The notes beneath the pieces were generated by a model. That model was given only the letters and a program-made list of their open reading frames with translations, was not told where the DNA came from and searched no databases. From an uncultured bacterium (GTDB lineage: Bacteria > Patescibacteriota > Patescibacteriia > Patescibacteriales > UBA12465), in NCBI GenBank assembly GCA_903874345.1, contig CAIQRY010000064.1, positions 1 to 50,479 on the forward strand: a stretch of 50,479 bases of DNA. The letters run 5' to 3'. Shown here piece after piece: positions 47,294 through 50,479 of the stretch (position 1 is its first letter; every line of letters begins with the position of its first letter). The position numbers were made by a program, and so were the translations under genes.

Positions 47294-48244
47294 TCAACGT
47301 TGGACGTTGTAGCCTTTAATCACCTGGATATTTTTGACGTTCTTTGAATATATGTCTATCCACCTGTCTCCCGGAGCAATAAATAACTCCAGGTCAGCTT
47401 GACATCGGTATCCCGTAATATCATCGGTGTACTGAATAGACACATTAACAAATCCATAGTTTATTTTCTTTGTCCCTGACCAGGGCTGTTTTGGGCCAAT
47501 TGTAATACCATTTAAAATTGAACCCACAACCTCAAAACCGTAAGATAAATGGCTCCTAAGTTTGAGCCGGACATCCTCCCCAGGGTTAATAACCAAGTTG
47601 GTCTTTTTGACCAAAATAGTACCTGTGTCACCTTCCGGAATCATTATTGAGAGCAAGCCTTGCTTATAGTTTCTCCCTGTCGAGGTCTCTATTGGATCGT
47701 CGTCGTAGAGAATCGCACATTTTAGTATACCCGGAGAAACATTATATCGTTCTCGTGATCTCTGCTTGTCGCCCAGACAAACCCCAGCAAAGGGACTGTC
47801 TAAAACAACGAAGCTTGACCCAGCTAGGTTTGTCATGGCCATTAACCTCGTTTTTCCTTTAACTACCACATCGGTCAACGCGGCAGATGGTAAAGGAGTA
47901 GTGACACTAGCATCCGGGCTTAATTCAGCAAATGTCTTTGCCCCGCTTTTGCTTAGGATTTCATCGGTAATGACTGCCTGGCCGTTTGTAACCGGCAGAG
48001 AGAAACAACCGATAGGTTTAATATTGCCTTCCATCACTTTGATACTGATTTCGGCATTGCCATTAACCAGTTTGTAATTAGGATCGGAGAGCGAAGCACC
48101 GGGAGCGACCATCTGGTCGGCCTTCCCGTTACGCAGTTGGATAAAACACATTTTCTTGGCGGTGTTTGACACCGTCACCTGGGCGAAAGAAGAAACGGCT
48201 GTGATTAACACAGCAACTAATAAAAAAACAGTTTTTGTTTTCAT
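47294..48244 (-). CDS. Orphan secreted all-beta-looking protein (316 aa)
   Basis: Signal peptide MKTKTVFLLVAVLITAVSSFAQ. No TM helix afterwards and no recognisable motif. It has its own promoter and terminator. Confidence 0.75.
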   Translation of the reverse strand: MKTKTVFLLVAVLITAVSSFAQVTVSNTAKKMCFIQLRNGKADQMVAPGASLSDPNYKLVNGNAEISIKVMEGNIKPIGCFSLPVTNGQAVITDEILSKSGAKTFAELSPDASVTTPLPSAALTDVVVKGKTRLMAMTNLAGSSFVVLDSPFAGVCLGDKQRSRERYNVSPGILKCAILYDDDPIETSTGRNYKQGLLSIMIPEGDTGTILVKKTNLVINPGEDVRLKLRSHLSYGFEVVGSILNGITIGPKQPWSGTKKINYGFVNVSIQYTDDITGYRCQADLELFIAPGDRWIDIYSKNVKNIQVIKGYNVQR

Positions 48245-48323
48245 GATCCTGAGTTTTGGTTATTTTTTCTGGTTAATTTCTTGATTTTGACGTCAATTTT
48301 TAAGGTACTCTAATTGACCTTTT

Positions 48324-48352
48324 AGATTACCATACCATTATATATATGTCAA
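48324..48352 (-). promoter_or_regulatory. Sigma70 promoter of the 316-aa gene (TTGACA-17-TAATCT)
   Basis: Minus-strand TTGACA at 48352-48347, 17-nt spacer, TAATCT at 48329-48324. Confidence 0.55.
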
Positions 48353-48369
48353 GAGGCTTTTTCGTATTT

Positions 48370-48397
48370 AAAAACCCGACCTTTTTAGGGGTCGGGG
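48370..48397 (-). terminator. Rho-independent terminator after the DHS-like gene
   Basis: CCCGACC (48375-48381) / GGTCGGG (48390-48396). On the minus strand it is followed by TTTTT. Confidence 0.65.
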
Positions 48398-48426
48398 ATG
48401 GGAAATAATCACTTTTTACAGGGCGC

Positions 48427-49536
48427 TTAGCCGATAAAAAACGGGAATAAATGATCAAGATAATGAGAGCGCGTCCGGCTGGCCAAGATTTCCTTATTCT
48501 GCCGCCAGACCTGGGAAACAATGAGCGGCCAAGACTTTGTCGCTTCATCGTAAAGCATCTGGGTATTGTCCTGATCGACTTTGCCCCAGGAGTTAGCTTC
48601 ATTCAAGGTCGAGCTAGAACAGCCGCCGTCCCGGACATCGGCCACGGTGATTTGCACGGCATATTTATGCATATTCACGGGATAACCCATGGCTTCGGCA
48701 CACACGACCGTATCCTGCATGAAATTTTTGGGCGTACCGCCGCCAATCATAAATAGACCCGTACTGCCTCCTGTCTGATTAGCCTTGATGACTAGTTCCG
48801 TTAAAAAACGAAAGTCGCTAGCCGCATCTATCTTCAGATAGTCCTCTCCTTTATTAATCCGGCCCTGTTGATGCATGGCGAGACCGAAACCGGCGCTGGA
48901 ATCCGTGAAGGCCGGGCAGAAGATTGGGACTTTGTGGCGATAGCAGGTTTCGACCAAAGAATTCTTTTTGGTATCCTTTTTCAAACCCAGGGGGAAGGTT
49001 TCGTTCACCAGGAATTTACCCATCTCATAAATAAACTCGCATGAGCTGTAGCTTCTGGGCGTCAGACGCTGAGCAATATTACTGATAATCGAATCGCACA
49101 TCTGCAGTTCTTCTTCCTGAATGATGGTATCGTAAATACGATCCAGTCCCCAGATATGCAGTAATTCATCATCAATCCCCTTGGCAAATAGCTGGTAGTG
49201 ACGGCGACCGAGCGCTTCGAAAAAATCCATGTCAACGATGGCGGCTCCGGTAGAAACAATCACGTCGACCATGTTATTTTCAACCATCTTAACCGGTACA
49301 TCCATACAACCGGCGGCTGTCGCGCTGCCGGCAATTGTGAGGAAAACTTTGCAACCTTTATCCCGGAGCATCCGGCTATAAATCTCGGCTGTCGCCCACA
49401 TATCACGAGCCGTAAAGCCCATTTTCCGGCAGGCTTCGAAATAAGCCGTGACATCGATTTTTTCGATATCGATGTGTTCCACGACCAAACTCGGATTAAT
49501 CAAATCTTCTTTGCTAATCTTTTTTTCTCTTTTCAT
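48427..49536 (-). CDS. Deoxyhypusine synthase-like (DHS/homospermidine-synthase family) protein
   Basis: 369 aa. NAD-binding STGAAIVDMD, FMIGGGTPKNF, and the catalytic-lysine context EANSWGKV (DHS signature E-A-x-S-W-G-K). Confidence 0.85.
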   Translation of the reverse strand: MKREKKISKEDLINPSLVVEHIDIEKIDVTAYFEACRKMGFTARDMWATAEIYSRMLRDKGCKVFLTIAGSATAAGCMDVPVKMVENNMVDVIVSTGAAIVDMDFFEALGRRHYQLFAKGIDDELLHIWGLDRIYDTIIQEEELQMCDSIISNIAQRLTPRSYSSCEFIYEMGKFLVNETFPLGLKKDTKKNSLVETCYRHKVPIFCPAFTDSSAGFGLAMHQQGRINKGEDYLKIDAASDFRFLTELVIKANQTGGSTGLFMIGGGTPKNFMQDTVVCAEAMGYPVNMHKYAVQITVADVRDGGCSSSTLNEANSWGKVDQDNTQMLYDEATKSWPLIVSQVWRQNKEILASRTRSHYLDHLFPFFIG

Positions 49537-49611
49537 GACTATGGTTTTAAATGAACGTTTCTAAATTTCTTTTATTTTTACGCTATTTGATGCTAATTGT
49601 CAAGATTATTT

Positions 49612-50391
49612 TTATTGACCAAGAATTTTAATCGTCCCGCCTTGATCCGTTCTTCTTATCTTTATATTCAAACTCTTTAAACGCTCTAAAACCATCGCCG
49701 CCGGATGGCCGAACTTATTGCTTACTCCGACCGAAATAGCAACTAGCTGCGGCTTAATCGCTAATAGAAAGGCTTCACTATTAGCACTATTAGAACCGTG
49801 ATGTGAGGCCTTAAAAACATCCGCGTTCAAATCAATTCCTGATTTTAAAAGTGCCTTCTCGACTTTTAAACTATTGTCGCCGGAAAATAAAAATTTCTTT
49901 TGGCCACAATTTAATTTCGCTAAAATAGAATTATTCGGATCTGCGCTCACGCCCAAACTCGCACTCGGCCATAAATTTAAAAAGCAATCCGTACTAAAAT
50001 TAACTTTCACCGCATTTTTTAAGGGTAAAATCGCTATTTTTTGTATTTGCGCTAAATTTAGAAAAGTATCAAAAATCGGCGACGAAGTGCTATCGGCTTG
50101 ATAAATTATCTCGCGAACTTTATATCTATTTATAACTTCAGCTAAACCTGTGGCGTGATCGTCATGATAATGGCTAGAAATTATTAAATCAATCCGTCTT
50201 TGATAAAAAGGTAAGAGTTCACCTAGGCGCCATAAGACTAAATTATCCGGCCCGCCATCAATCAAAATAACTTGGTGATTAGGTAGTTTAATTAAGGCCG
50301 AATCACCCTGGCCTACGTCTAAAAAATCGACTTCTAAGCGCCAGGGTTTTTTAATTTCATAATTAAAAACCAAAAACACTATTAATAGCAT
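49612..50391 (-). CDS. Membrane-anchored ComEC-type metallo-beta-lactamase domain protein (no competence/OB domains)
   Basis: 259 aa. N-terminal helix MLLIVFLVFNY, VDFLDVGQGDSALIK, ISSHYHDDHATGL, FKASHHGSNS. An in-frame stop lies 16 codons upstream, so there is no longer N-terminus. Confidence 0.8.
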   Translation of the reverse strand: MLLIVFLVFNYEIKKPWRLEVDFLDVGQGDSALIKLPNHQVILIDGGPDNLVLWRLGELLPFYQRRIDLIISSHYHDDHATGLAEVINRYKVREIIYQADSTSSPIFDTFLNLAQIQKIAILPLKNAVKVNFSTDCFLNLWPSASLGVSADPNNSILAKLNCGQKKFLFSGDNSLKVEKALLKSGIDLNADVFKASHHGSNSANSEAFLLAIKPQLVAISVGVSNKFGHPAAMVLERLKSLNIKIRRTDQGGTIKILGQ

Positions 50392-50479
50392 ACTGTATTC
50401 ATGGTTGGCGCTGTTGACCCGGCGGCAGAACGCGAAAAACTAAAGAAGCAACTCACCGAGATTGAAAAACAACTCGCCG

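Noticed and set aside
48287-48296. Palindrome TTGACGTCAA as a defined operator
   Set aside because: It is only 10 bp, single copy, in AT-rich DNA, so a chance occurrence is plausible. It is mentioned only as context for the 316-aa gene.
48327-48602. 91-aa minus-strand ORF overlapping the 3' end of the DHS-like gene and its terminator
   Set aside because: It is out of frame with a well-supported CDS and runs through the terminator hairpin. It is a shadow ORF.
47294-49536. Compositional (GC) island implying recent horizontal transfer of the 316-aa and DHS-like genes
   Set aside because: Hand counts of a few 60-nt lines gave 42-62% GC here and 23-50% in gyrA. The variance is too high to support the claim without a proper sliding-window or k-mer calculation.
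50401-50479. Partial + strand ORF MVGAVDPAAEREKLKKQLTEIEKQLA... at the right edge, resembling the C-terminal coiled coil of valyl-tRNA synthetase
   Set aside because: Only 26 codons are visible. An in-frame stop lies at 50386-50388, so it cannot be the end of a full valS. This is too little sequence to call.
1-50479. Alternative genetic code (UGA recoding, as in some CPR lineages)
   Set aside because: Conserved genes terminate at TGA where expected (radC at 38960-38962, the helicase-nuclease at 33811-33813, rmuC at 41318-41320). All housekeeping ORFs are full length under code 11.

Overview
This 50.5-kb window reads like a small-genome, Patescibacteria/CPR-type bacterium. That assignment is an inference from gene content and protein style. 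The genetic code is standard: TGA, TAA and TAG all act as stops.

I count about 40 protein genes, roughly 80% on the minus strand. Most are housekeeping: secDF, clpP, a short rel, rpsU-hisS-lepB, queA, ruvB, a UvrD-like helicase-nuclease, an M16 peptidase, radC, rmuC, mscL, gyrA, ndk, two MBL-fold hydrolases and a deoxyhypusine-synthase-like gene. There are also envelope-glycosylation genes: a GT2-membrane fusion, two Wzy_C/O-antigen-ligase-like proteins and a methyltransferase. By eye I found no rRNA, tRNA, CRISPR array, transposase or integrase.

Many intergenic regions carry near-consensus sigma70 or extended -10 promoters and clean hairpin terminators, so transcription units can be delimited fairly well.

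The outstanding feature is 12020-26042. Seven tightly packed minus-strand genes (~14 kb, more than a quarter of the window) encode only exported or membrane-anchored proteins. Two of them (901 aa and 1948 aa) have paralogous N-termini that look like VirB2/TrbC-type pilin hairpins, fused to giant Cys-rich/IPT/Ig/FN3-like ectodomains. A third (1051 aa) is Cys-rich and has an embedded pseudopilin-like segment. Four small anchored proteins follow, two with thrombospondin-type-3-like Ca-binding repeats. I cannot map this set to any named secretion, pilus or adhesion system and regard it as the candidate undescribed system (surface or host attachment).

Secondary curiosities:
- an orphan promoter-to-terminator unit at 11659-11995 (small ORF or ncRNA)
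- an Upf1-like SF1 helicase with a receiver-like N-terminus
- a divergent stand-alone macrodomain
- a bacterial DHS-like gene with the catalytic Lys motif
- a stand-alone ComEC-type MBL domain
- two orphan exported proteins, each with its own promoter and terminator

All functional calls rest on motifs read by eye. No database search was run.
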